From Gemmatales bacterium (GTDB lineage: Bacteria > Planctomycetota > Planctomycetia > Gemmatales > HRBIN36), in the NCBI GenBank assembly GCA_041640595.1, contig JBEPZY010000002.1:242984-306983 (forward strand): 64,000 nucleotides of DNA, read 5' to 3'. Under the pieces are notes generated by a model, which was not told where the DNA came from, searched no databases, and was given only the letters and a program-made list of their open reading frames with translations. Made by a program: the position numbers and the translations under genes. Positions 51,833 through 62,063 of the stretch are shown here, piece after piece. Positions within the stretch are counted from its first letter, which is position 1. Each line of letters opens with the position of its first letter.

Positions 51833-52690
51833 ATGCAATTGTGCAAATTTCGCTCGTCAGCCGGCGAGGTACGCGTCGGCTTGATTCGGCAGGGGCAAGT
51901 CTATCCGCTTGGCCTCACCGATACTCCCGACCGCCCGGCTCTCAGCAGCGTCCTGCATTCGGCCAACCCGGCAGAACAGGCTTGGCAGCTGGCGAACCAC
52001 GCTGCGCCGGTCGGCACATTGTCCGAACTGGCACTCCTTCCGCCCCTCGATCGTCAGGAAGTCTGGGCCGCCGGGGTTACTTACAAACGCAGCGAGGAAG
52101 CTCGCAAACGCGAGTCGCAAGGGGCCGCTATTTTCTACGACATGGTGTATCGTGCTGAGCGACCGGAGCTGTTTTTCAAAGCCCCGGCCTGTCGCGTGGT
52201 TGGTCCCGGCCAGCCTGTGCGGATTCGCCGCGATTCTCGCTGGAGTGTTCCCGAACCGGAACTTGCCCTCGTCCTCGATCCGCAGTTACGCGTTGTCGGC
52301 TACACCATCGGCAACGATATGAGCGCCCGCGACATCGAAGGCGAAAATCCGCTCTACCTTCCGCAGGCCAAAATCTACGACGGCAGTTGTGCCCTGGGCC
52401 CGGTGATTACACTCAGCGACGCCATGCCTGCGTTCGGCGCAGTGACCATTCGCCTGGTGATCGAGCGCAACGGGCAAACGGTTTTCGACGGCCAGACCTC
52501 GCTGGCGGCGATGCATCGCAGTGTTACCGAGCTGGCGCACTGGCTGGGTCGGGAACTTTCTTTCCCCGACGGCGTCATTCTGTTGACCGGCACCGGGATC
52601 GTTCCGCCCGATGACTTCAGTCTGCAATCCGGCGATGTCATTCACATAGACATTACCGGCATCGGTCGGCTCACCAACCCGGTCGCTTGA
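51833..52690 (+). CDS. Fumarylacetoacetate hydrolase family protein (XylX-like 2-keto-3-deoxypentonate dehydratase)
   Basis: VWAAGVTY..S..AR, RPELFFK, PEPEL, GNDMSARDIEGENPLYLPQAK, LTGTG. Confidence 0.88.
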   Translation: MQLCKFRSSAGEVRVGLIRQGQVYPLGLTDTPDRPALSSVLHSANPAEQAWQLANHAAPVGTLSELALLPPLDRQEVWAAGVTYKRSEEARKRESQGAAIFYDMVYRAERPELFFKAPACRVVGPGQPVRIRRDSRWSVPEPELALVLDPQLRVVGYTIGNDMSARDIEGENPLYLPQAKIYDGSCALGPVITLSDAMPAFGAVTIRLVIERNGQTVFDGQTSLAAMHRSVTELAHWLGRELSFPDGVILLTGTGIVPPDDFSLQSGDVIHIDITGIGRLTNPVA

Positions 52691-52789
52691 ATCTCCCCCG
52701 CCCGCCGGTGAGTTGACTCCCCATCCGACGCCGGTAACCCGAACCCACATCGCGCCCAGAATCGTTCGCGGACACTCGTCTCGTGCCGA

Positions 52790-53910
52790 AAACAAGAGCG
52801 GCGGGCGTCAGCCCACCGTGGCTCGGTCATACGATCGCTGTGCCGTGAGAAGCGAATGTTGTTCAGTGACGAGCGAACACACAACCAAGAGCGGCGGGCG
52901 TGAGCCCGCCGTGGGCGTGGGTAACGCACCTGCAAAGGCGCTTCCGCAAAGTCGCCGGAGACTGCCGTCGGTGTGCCCACAGACGTTGGTGCAGTAGCGC
53001 CAGCGAGCCCACGGGGGGCTTACGCCCCCCGCTCTTGTTGCATAGCGAACGCTTGCCGGCGAAAAAACGATTTTTGCGATGCACAAACGCACGTCCGGGT
53101 CAGGAGCGGCGGGGGTGAGCCCGCCGTGGGCGTGGGTAACGCACTTGCAAAGGCGCTTCCGCAAAGTCCCGGGAGGCCGCCGGCAGTGTGCCCACGAATG
53201 CCGGTGCAGTCGCGGTAATGAACCACAGGGGGCTGACTCTTTTACCGGCGCCGGCTTTCCGTGGCCCCCAGTGGTTGCATTCGCGTGTGGTGTTCGCACG
53301 GGGGGCTAACGCCCCCCGCTCTTGTATTGCTGCGCGAACGCTTGCCGGCGAAAAAACGATTTTTGCGATGCACAAACGCACGCTCGCCCAGGAGCGGCGG
53401 GCGTGAGCCCGCCGTGGCTCGGTCATACGATCGGTGTGCCGTGAGAAGCGAATGTTCAGCGACGAGCGAACACACAGCCAAGAGCGGCGGGCGTGAGCCC
53501 GCCGTGGTGTTCGGGAAACGCGCTTGCAGGAACGCTGACTTAAAGTCGCGGGAGACTGCCGTCGGTGTGCTTACGAACGCCGTTGCATTCGCGTCCAGCG
53601 GTGCCGCAAAGGGCCGACACTGGTACCAGCGCCGGCTTTGCGTGATTTTCAGTCGTTGTCTTCGCGTGCAGGGTTCCCACGGGGGCTAACGCCCCCCGCT
53701 CTTGTATTGCGTTGCGAACGTCTTTCGGCGAAAAAACGATTTTTGCGATGCACAAACGCACGCTCACAGGAGCGGCGAGCGTGAGCCCGCCGTGGTGTGC
53801 GAGTATCGCAGTGGCAACGGAGCATGTCTTGGTCGAAAGTGCACGTGAGTAACGGGTGTGCGCCGGCTGATGTCTGCGTTGAGAGCGGTGGGCGTCAGCG
53901 GCGGTGGTTT
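52790..53910. repeat. REP-like palindrome cluster 7, between convergent genes
   Basis: Multiple palindromic units with shared linkers. Confidence 0.9.
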
Positions 53911-53951
53911 CGCATGTGCACCAGCGGGACGGCCGGGCGATTCGGTTGTGA

Positions 53952-55418
53952 TCAGGCGGGTACAACGGGTCGGCGGAGGTGCCAGTCGGTTTCGCGCTCA
54001 TACATGCGGGCGATGCGGAGCAACTTTTCCTCGGCAAATGGCGGGGCCAGCAGTTGCAAGCCGATCGGCAAGCCGTTTTTAGTGAAACCGCATGGAATGC
54101 TGATTCCAGCAATGCCGGCCAGGTTGCAGCTGATGGTGTAAATGTCGCTGAGGTACATGGCCAGCGGATCGGCAACCTTTTCGCCGAGCTTGAAAGCCGG
54201 GGTGGGGGAAGTCGGCCCAGCCACGACATCGCATTCGGCAAAGGCTTTGTCGAAATCCTCCTTGATCAGCCGCCGCACTTTCAACGCCTTCAGGTAATAC
54301 GCCTCGTAATAGCCGCGGGACAGCACATACGTGCCGAGCATGATCCGCCGTTTCACTTCCGCGCCGAATCCTTCACCGCGAGTGCGGCTGTACATGTGAA
54401 TCATGTTGTCGAACTGCTTGGCCCGGTAGCCGTAATGCACGCCGTCATAGCGAGCCAGGTTCGACGAGGCTTCCGCGGTGGCCACGATGTAGTAGGTGGC
54501 AATGGCGTATCGGCTGTGGGGCAGGGAGATTTCCTGGATGGTGGCTCCGAGTCGGCGATAGACCTGCAGAGCTTCGCGGACGGCCTGTTCGACTTCCGGA
54601 TCGAGACCCTCGCCGAAATACTCGCGGGCCACGCCGATCCGCAGCGGTCGCACCGGCTCATCGAGTGTCTGACGGTATGGCGGTACCGGTTCCGGCGCAC
54701 AGGTGCTGTCGCGGGGATCGTGGCCGGCAATCACTTCCATCAGCAGAGCGACATCGTAAGTATCGTGGCCGAACGGCCCCACCTGATCCAGCGAGCTGGC
54801 AAACGCCACCAGACCAAACCGCGACACCCGTCCATACGTGGGCTTCAAGCCGACAATTCCGCACAGGCTCGCCGGTTGCCGAATCGAACCGCCCGTATCA
54901 CTGCCGATACTGAGCGGGGCTTCGCACGCGGCCACCGCTGCCGCCGAACCACCACTCGAACCTCCAGGGGTGCGTTCCAGGTCCCAGGGATTGCGGGTGA
55001 CCTGAAAAGCGCTATTCTCCGTCGAGGAGCCCATGGCAAACTCGTCCATGTTGGTTTTGCCAATGAGCACCGCATCTTCTTCCTTGAGCCGGCGGATCAC
55101 GTGGGCGTCGTAAGGCGGAATGAAGTTGTGCAGAATCTTGCTGCAACAGGTGGTGGGCACTCCCTTAGTGCACAGCACGTCTTTGATGGCCACGGGCAGG
55201 CCGGCCAGTTTGCCCAGCGGTTCACCGCGGCGGCGTTTCTCATCCACACGGCGAGCCTGTTCGAGAGCCGCGGATTCGTTGACATGCACGAACGCCTGAA
55301 CTTTCGGCTCCCGCTGGCGGATCGCCTGCAGATAGGCGGAGGTCAACTGCTCGGCGGTGATTTCGCCCCGTTCCAGCCAGGCTAGAAGCTCCCGGCTGCT
55401 GTGTTCGATCAGTTCCAT
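53952..55418 (-). CDS. gatA: Asp/Glu-tRNA amidotransferase subunit A
   Basis: AIKD, GKTNMDEFAMGSSTE, PGGSSGGSA, GSDTGGSIRQPA, EASSNLARYDG, EVKRRIMLG. Confidence 0.96.
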   Translation of the reverse strand: MELIEHSSRELLAWLERGEITAEQLTSAYLQAIRQREPKVQAFVHVNESAALEQARRVDEKRRRGEPLGKLAGLPVAIKDVLCTKGVPTTCCSKILHNFIPPYDAHVIRRLKEEDAVLIGKTNMDEFAMGSSTENSAFQVTRNPWDLERTPGGSSGGSAAAVAACEAPLSIGSDTGGSIRQPASLCGIVGLKPTYGRVSRFGLVAFASSLDQVGPFGHDTYDVALLMEVIAGHDPRDSTCAPEPVPPYRQTLDEPVRPLRIGVAREYFGEGLDPEVEQAVREALQVYRRLGATIQEISLPHSRYAIATYYIVATAEASSNLARYDGVHYGYRAKQFDNMIHMYSRTRGEGFGAEVKRRIMLGTYVLSRGYYEAYYLKALKVRRLIKEDFDKAFAECDVVAGPTSPTPAFKLGEKVADPLAMYLSDIYTISCNLAGIAGISIPCGFTKNGLPIGLQLLAPPFAEEKLLRIARMYERETDWHLRRPVVPA

Positions 55419-55526
55419 CGGCGATTCCTCCCCAGCCGACTTCCACCCGCCACACTGTGCCACGCGGCCCGTTCCGACTCGCCGCTCCCATCCACAATGC
55501 GCACCCTCATACGCGGCTTTCGTTGC

Positions 55527-55814
55527 TCAATCCAGCACTGCCGGGACGGAGTAAAAATCCCCCTTGCGTGCGGGGGCATTGGCCAGCGCTTCGTCCACGC
55601 TCAACGAAGAACCGGCCTCATCTTCGCGGAAAACATTGTGCAGCGGCAGGCAATGGGATAACGGCTCGACACCTTCCGTGTTGACCTGCTGCAACTGGTT
55701 GACATACTCGACAATCTGGCTCAGTTGTGTCGTGAAAAGTTCGATTTCTTCCGGCGTGCACTCCAACCGCGCCAGGTGGGCTACCCAGCGGACTTCCTCC
55801 GGCTTCAGTGCCAT
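55527..55814 (-). CDS. gatC: Asp/Glu-tRNA amidotransferase subunit C
   Basis: VAHLARL, VNTEGVEP, FREDE, LANAP, FYSVPAV. Confidence 0.95.
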   Translation of the reverse strand: MALKPEEVRWVAHLARLECTPEEIELFTTQLSQIVEYVNQLQQVNTEGVEPLSHCLPLHNVFREDEAGSSLSVDEALANAPARKGDFYSVPAVLD

Positions 55815-55874
55815 GGGATGCTCCTCGCAAGGTGAGTTCGGGTGCAGGGATGTCGGGTCTCCGGCGGTTGTGCG

Positions 55875-56135
55875 TCAGACTTTCGGCAACTCGAACGCCT
55901 TGCGCACCTGCGGACGTTTCACCCGTCCACTGCGAATGCACTGCGTGCACACTCGCAGGCGTTTCACCTGACCTTCGACTTCCACACGGATGCGTTGCAG
56001 GTTGGGTTTGAATTTACGCCGGCTGATGCCGGTTACTTTCCGACCGACACCGCCTAGATACTTCGCTTTTCCGCGACGGGTTATCTGATTGCCGAAGACC
56101 GGCTTCTTACCGCAAATCGCACAATGCATCCCCAT
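55875..56135 (-). CDS. rpmB: 50S ribosomal protein L28
   Basis: CAICGKKP.FGN, RRKFKPNLQ, RVCTQCIR; RBS aaggag. Confidence 0.95.
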   Translation of the reverse strand: MGMHCAICGKKPVFGNQITRRGKAKYLGGVGRKVTGISRRKFKPNLQRIRVEVEGQVKRLRVCTQCIRSGRVKRPQVRKAFELPKV

Positions 56136-56173
56136 AGCACTACTCCTTCCATCGGCCAAGCGTGGAACATACT

Positions 56174-56201
56174 ATCATACACCCGGCTTCCGCAGCGACA
56201 A
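56174..56201 (-). promoter_or_regulatory. Possible sigma-70 promoter for rpmB-gatCA
   Basis: Minus strand TTGTCG-16 bp-TATGAT, about 40 bp upstream of rpmB. Confidence 0.45.
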
Positions 56202-56419
56202 GCGCGACGGGAACCAAAGGCTGCCGAAGCATTTAACGCCCTCCTCGCATCGCTTTTGTCCGAAATCCAACGTGCAACACGAAATCGAGACACATTGACT
56301 TGACACTTCTCCTCGCACCGCTTTTGTCCGGACCCCAACCCCAGCGACAGATCGGGCCGTTGGTAGGAGCAGCGCACTGGCAACGGAAAACGAAGTGGTC
56401 GCGCGTGGCCAGCGTCCGG

Positions 56420-58390
56420 ATCAGGAGCGGCGGGCGTGAGCCCGCCGTGGGTGTGAGTATCGCACTTGCAAGGGCGCTTTCGCAAAGTCGCAGGAGACTG
56501 CCGGCACTATGCTCACGAACGCCGTTGCATTCGCGTCCAGCGGTGCCGCAAAGGGCCGACTCTTGTACCAGCGCCGGCTTTGCGTGATTTTCAGTCGTTG
56601 TGCTCGCGTGCAAGGTTCCCACGGGGGGCTTACGCCCCCCGCTCTTGTATTGCTGCGCGGACGCTTGCCGGCGGAAAAACAACTTTTGCGATGCACAAAC
56701 GCACGCCGAAAAAGAGCGGCGCTCGTCCGCCCGCCGTGGCTAGGGAAACGCGCCTGCAACACCGATACCGCACACGGTCGCAAACACTCGTCTCGTGCCG
56801 AAACAGGAGCGGCGCCCGTCCGCCCGCCGTGGGTGGGCAAATGCGCATCGGCAGACATGACAGCTATTCGTCGGCAGACCGCCGGCGGTGTATGTGCGGA
56901 TCGCTGTTGCATTCGCGTTAATAGTTGCCACGGGGGGCTGACGCCCCCCGCTCTTGTGTTGGTGTACGAACGCTTGCCGACGAAAAAACGATTTTTGCGA
57001 TGCACGAACGCCACATCCAGCCAAGAGCGGCGGGCGTGAGCCCGCCGTGGGCGTGGGTAACGCGCCTGCAACACCGATACCGCACACGTTCGGGGACACT
57101 CGTCTAGTGCGGAAACAAGAGCGGCGGGCGTGAGCCCCCGTGGGCGTGGGAAACTCGCTTGCCCAGACGCAAGCGTGCTTGTTCGGGGGACCGCCGACGG
57201 TGTATGTGCGGATCGCTGTTGCATTCGCGCTGAGCGGCGCCGCAAAGGGCTGACTCCTGTACCAGCGCCGGCTTTGCGTGATTTTCAGTCGTTGTGCTCG
57301 CGTGCAAGGTTCCCACGGGGGGCTGACGCCCCCCGCTCTTGTATTGCTGCGCGAACGCTTGTCGGCGAAAAAACGATTTTTGGGATGCACAAACGCACGT
57401 CCGGCTCAGGAGCGGCGGGCGTCAGCCCGCCGTGGTTAGGGAAACGCGCTTGCAACACCGATACCGCACAAGTTCGGGGACACTCGTCTAGTGCGGAAAC
57501 AAGAGCGGCAGGCATGAGCCCGCCGTGGCTCGGTCATACGATCGGTGTGCCGCGAGAAGCGAGTGTTGTTCAGCGACGAGCGATCACACAACCAAGAGAG
57601 GCGCTCGTCCGCCCGCCGTGGATATGTGAGTATCGCACTTGCAACGCCGCTTCCACTAAGTCACGCCAGACCGCCGAGGGTGTGTGTGCCGATCGCCGGT
57701 GCATTCGCGTTGAGCGGCTCCGCAAAGGGCTGACTCCTGTACCAGCGCCGGCTTTGCGTGATTTTCAGTCGTTGTGCTCGCGTGCAAGGTTCCCACGGGG
57801 GGCTGACGCCCCCCGCTCTTGTGTTGGTGTACGGACGTCTGCCGGCGAAAAAACGATTTTTGCGATGCACGAACGCACGCTCGCTCAGGAGCGGCGGGCG
57901 TGAGCCCGCCGTGGCTCGGTCATACGATCGGTGTGCCGTGAGAAGCGAATGTTGTTCAGCGACGAGCGAACACGCGACCAAGAGCGGCGGGCGTGAGCCC
58001 GCCGTGGTGGGAAACGCACCTGCAACACCGATACCGCACACGGTCGCAAACACTCGTCTCGTGCCGAAACAGGAGGGGCGCTCGTCAGCCCGCCGTGGGC
58101 GTGGGTAACGCACTTGCAAGGGCGCTTCCACAGAGCCGCGGGACGCCGCCGGCTATTTGTGTGCCGATCGCCGGTGCATTCGCGTTGAGCGGCGCCGCAA
58201 AGGGCCGACTCTTGTACCAGCGCCGGCTTTGCGTGATTTTCAGTCGTTGTCCTCGCGTGCAGGATTGCCACGGGGGGGCTGACGCCCCCCGCTCTTGGTT
58301 GCGCGCACGGATATCGTCGGAGATGCGCGGTTGCGATTCGCAAAGACGTTTTGTTTCACACGGGGAGCTTACGCCCCCCACTCTTGTGTT
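56420..58390. repeat. REP-like palindrome cluster 8 (largest, about 2 kb)
   Basis: More than 15 palindromic units with recurring linker modules. Confidence 0.92.
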
Positions 58391-58427
58391 GTAACGCGAA
58401 GGTTCCTCGGCGAGAGGCGGGGCGCGG

Positions 58428-61400
58428 TTACAGTCGCACCGTGGGAGCGTTGATGCGAATGAGTCGGGTATCCGGCGGAGTGAAGGTGAGCGGAGCCACG
58501 TTGCCGACCAGATCGGTCAGCCGGGTTCCCGACGGTAGCGCAATATCGAGCAGGCGAATGCCGTCCAGATCCTGGTCGCTGGACTGCACCGTATAACGGA
58601 ACGTGAGTGTGTTCGTTCCCAGGCCGGCCACCAGAGCCGCCTGGCGAATCGCACTGCCGATTTGCAACCGCAGGCTCGGTTGGGCGCTGCTGCTGCCCCG
58701 CAGATACACTTTCTCGTCGAACTGGAAGCGGAACTCCAGCACCTCGCCGGTCACGTAGTTCCGCAGTCCGGGCAGAATGATGTCGGTGATGCGTGGCCCA
58801 CGCGTGTCCACGAAGACGCGGAAGAAGACCGGCGGCTGGATATGTTCATCCAATCGCCTCGGTGTGCTTACCATTCCCGGAATATCGCTGCCGCTAATCG
58901 TGTAAGAGCCATGGCTGAAAGGCTGAATTGGGTCTAGATAGATTCCGTTAGGGGCATAATCGTGGGCTGCAACCTTATAGCGGAAGACCAGTTTGTTAGG
59001 GGCTGCCTGCCCAACGAAATAGGCCCGTCGGGTAACGTTACCGATACGAATGTTGAGGAAGGGTGGGCTTCCAGGTCGGGCTGTTACCGTCAGCGGGTCG
59101 GTGGTCACCAGTGTGAAGGTGAGCATGTCTCCGGCTCTGTAAGTGCCTGGAGGTGGTCCCTGAACCTGGATAATCCAAGGCGGCAACGCGTCCACAATGA
59201 TTTGTTTGACTCTGTCGAGTATTTTGGTCACGTCTGAAACTGCGGGAAAGATACTAGTAGGAAAGACATCTCCGTCCCATTCCTCCCCAAAAAGGCTGGT
59301 TATCTTGCCCAAAGTCAAGTCTGCCGTGACGACAGGCCGACCGTTAGGATCTACTTTATCGTGAATTTCCAGGCCATCCAAATCGCGGTCTATCCGGCGA
59401 TTAGGTCCTTGCACCACTCTCTGGATCACGTATCGGAACGTCACAGACCGGGAGCCACTTCCGCCCACATAATCGGCGTACACGATGCGAGAATTAGTCT
59501 GAGTTTGACCAGGAACATAACCAATATTGGGCCCAAGATATATTTTGAGGCGAGGCTTGCCAGTTACCAACACAGTTTGATTCGGCGATCGGTTGAACAC
59601 CAGCGTGAACTGAAGAGTTTCTCGCCATCTATAGGGAAATCCCGGGGAACGTACCGATGGGGTAATCACCATGGTCACTACCGGGGGGCCGACAATCGCC
59701 CACGGCTCGTCGCCGAGGTTTCTAGGTTGTGGCGTGGTCGGATCGGCGCCCCTGGCACTGAAAAATACCATTTGAAGAGCTGGAACCGATAGCATAAATC
59801 TAGGTGACGAACCTCCGGCGCCAGGCGTGACCTCTTTAAACGTTTGGCTATTTTGATCGAAAGCCAACACTTGGGAGACCGAATCCGGTTTAATGTGACC
59901 CTTCCACGGTTCCAGGCCGTGAATCCCATCATCCGCAGCGAAATAAAAGTTGGTGCCGAGACTCGAATAATTGCCCCTGGGGAAACTGGCAGTATCGGGC
60001 TGTTTAGCCGCGATTGATTCATACCACATATTACCGAATACATTAGACTGCCAGTTGTACCAAGTTCGCCTTGGACCCAGATCCGCGGATATCGAAGCCG
60101 GGGGAAAGAAGGTAGGAAGTTGCAAGGAAGAGCCTCTAGGGTTTAGATCCGCCAAGCGCACAGCCGTAAGCGACGGGAAATTTGTCCCTCGTACATCCAC
60201 GTATGCGGGCTCGCGGTCGCGCGAAGGCCCAGACGAGTACACCAAGATGCCTTGGTGGTTATAAAGGTCAAACGGTCCATCACTAGGTGTACTGCCGTCC
60301 GAATCAAGAACGCGTGGGTTCGATCCCTGCAACAGTCCATTAGAGTCGATGCGACGAATATCCATGGCGACGAGCCTGCGGGCGGGAAAAACCGGATCCA
60401 AGTCGCGGTAAAAGAGAATGTTGTTACGAGTAGAACGATTAGGGTTATTTGTGTCCACGACTGGTGTCAGGAAAAAGGCCTGGTCACCCGGATCGTATAT
60501 GGCAAAAGGTAACACGCCAAAAATCGTCAATACCTTAATGACGCGTAGTCCGCCACTGCTCGAATTTTTGCCGACGCGCCAGATCGTGTACCCCTCCGGA
60601 GATGTAGTGGCGACGAAGAAAATCTGCTCCAAATCTGGAAAATAAGCCAGCCATTGGGGGGCCCGAGCTACTCGATTTAGGCCATAGCTGATATCCGGTT
60701 GGTCGAACACTGTGTAATTACCTGATGGGCTGTCCAACCGGAATAAAAAGTTGCCTGTACCATTGTCAGCGACGAAAAACAGCACGCCGCCGGCGTTCAG
60801 GAGCCAGTGGGGATTGGAGGGATTGGCCCCCGGATTGATGTTGGCAACCATGGCCGTGCCATTGGAGGTGCCATCGCTGCGCCAGAGTTCAAAACCGTTC
60901 TGACCGTCGTTAGCCACGAAGAACAGGGTTCCGTTGACGTTTACCAGGAAACGCGGGTCGCTGCCACCGTTAGCACGGATGTCGCGCACCATAGTGGTGC
61001 CATTGGAGGTGCCGTCGCTCTTCCAGAGTTCAAAACCGCTCTGGCCGTCGTTGGCGGCGAAAAAGAGGGTGCCATTGACGTTGGTCAGGAATCGCGGGGA
61101 GGAACCGCCGGCGCCTTGCTGAATGTCGCGCACCAGGGTGGCATTGCCGGGGGTGCCATCGCTGACCCACAACTCATCACCCCGCTGGCCGTCGTTAGCG
61201 ACGAAGAAGACGCGGCTCTGCCCGTTAGGCAATTGTATCTCAGTAAACCAGCGTTCGCCGTTGAGAAAAGCGGGTGCCGAGCCGCCCGGCCCGAAGTTAA
61301 CGTCGGACACGAGTGCGGCACTTGGTGCAGTGCGGTCTTCCAGTTGTTCAAACAGCAAATGGGCACGGAGCTGGGTTCGGTTTAGTTCCTCACGCACGCC

Positions 61401-61439
61401 GAGCACATGACCCAGTCGCTTGAGCATCCACTTTAACAT
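58428..61439 (-). CDS. Extracellular ELWxxDGT-repeat protein with C-terminal Ig-like repeats
   Basis: Planctomycete FEQLEDR N-motif; ELWVSDGT/ELWKSDGT/ELWRSDGT repeats; three repeats with FRY.[VI]...D..G[IL]; RBS aaggag. Confidence 0.88.
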   Translation of the reverse strand: MLKWMLKRLGHVLGVREELNRTQLRAHLLFEQLEDRTAPSAALVSDVNFGPGGSAPAFLNGERWFTEIQLPNGQSRVFFVANDGQRGDELWVSDGTPGNATLVRDIQQGAGGSSPRFLTNVNGTLFFAANDGQSGFELWKSDGTSNGTTMVRDIRANGGSDPRFLVNVNGTLFFVANDGQNGFELWRSDGTSNGTAMVANINPGANPSNPHWLLNAGGVLFFVADNGTGNFLFRLDSPSGNYTVFDQPDISYGLNRVARAPQWLAYFPDLEQIFFVATTSPEGYTIWRVGKNSSSGGLRVIKVLTIFGVLPFAIYDPGDQAFFLTPVVDTNNPNRSTRNNILFYRDLDPVFPARRLVAMDIRRIDSNGLLQGSNPRVLDSDGSTPSDGPFDLYNHQGILVYSSGPSRDREPAYVDVRGTNFPSLTAVRLADLNPRGSSLQLPTFFPPASISADLGPRRTWYNWQSNVFGNMWYESIAAKQPDTASFPRGNYSSLGTNFYFAADDGIHGLEPWKGHIKPDSVSQVLAFDQNSQTFKEVTPGAGGSSPRFMLSVPALQMVFFSARGADPTTPQPRNLGDEPWAIVGPPVVTMVITPSVRSPGFPYRWRETLQFTLVFNRSPNQTVLVTGKPRLKIYLGPNIGYVPGQTQTNSRIVYADYVGGSGSRSVTFRYVIQRVVQGPNRRIDRDLDGLEIHDKVDPNGRPVVTADLTLGKITSLFGEEWDGDVFPTSIFPAVSDVTKILDRVKQIIVDALPPWIIQVQGPPPGTYRAGDMLTFTLVTTDPLTVTARPGSPPFLNIRIGNVTRRAYFVGQAAPNKLVFRYKVAAHDYAPNGIYLDPIQPFSHGSYTISGSDIPGMVSTPRRLDEHIQPPVFFRVFVDTRGPRITDIILPGLRNYVTGEVLEFRFQFDEKVYLRGSSSAQPSLRLQIGSAIRQAALVAGLGTNTLTFRYTVQSSDQDLDGIRLLDIALPSGTRLTDLVGNVAPLTFTPPDTRLIRINAPTVRL

Positions 61440-62063
61440 GCCGCTTCTCCTTCCAGCATGAACGCAATGCGATCACCGGCATCAGCGATGCGGTTGTATG
61501 CGAGTCTCTTTCAAGCTGACGTCAGCCAGAGCGGAGACCACCCGGCAAATTCGGGTGCCACCGTTTATCTATTTTGTCGCCGCGTCAAAGCCCAGTCAAG
61601 GATAGGACACGCCGAGAGGGAAAAGGTCGGCTATCGAACGCGAGAAAGACACCGGGAGACGGGCGGGAGCTGGCAATTTCGCCAAATTCGCCAACGCTGG
61701 TACTCGACCCGGCGGGGTAGTGGGGATCTGCGCGGGTGTGCAAATGCCGTTGCAGGAGAAGCCGGGTCGGCTGTCGCGGCCAGCTGCGCCAAGCCAGTGC
61801 TGAGATCGCAAGCCGACCTGGCACCTCCTTTGTGTCCTGGTGGTCCGAGATGGTACAGTCCGAGCACCCACCGGTAAGCACATGGGCTGAAGCTGACGGT
61901 TACCTCCGGGCGTGCTATTCGTCCGACAAATAGCGGCAAGTATAATGCCCCAGGAGCCGCTCTCGCCAGAAAGGCTCACCGCCGGCTGAACAGCGCTGGC
62001 ATGCGAAGGTATTCGTTGCCATTGTCGCAACAGGAGACGGCGAGGGCTGAAGGAGTACGGAAA

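Noticed and set aside
56420..58390. REP clusters as CRISPR arrays
   Set aside because: Units occur in both orientations, spacing is irregular, linkers are reused rather than unique, and no cas genes are present.
61544..61561. Minus-strand TGGCACCCGAATTTGC as a sigma-54 promoter for the ELWxxDGT gene
   Set aside because: Spacing is again 11 nt; it could be another operator, but this is unsupported.
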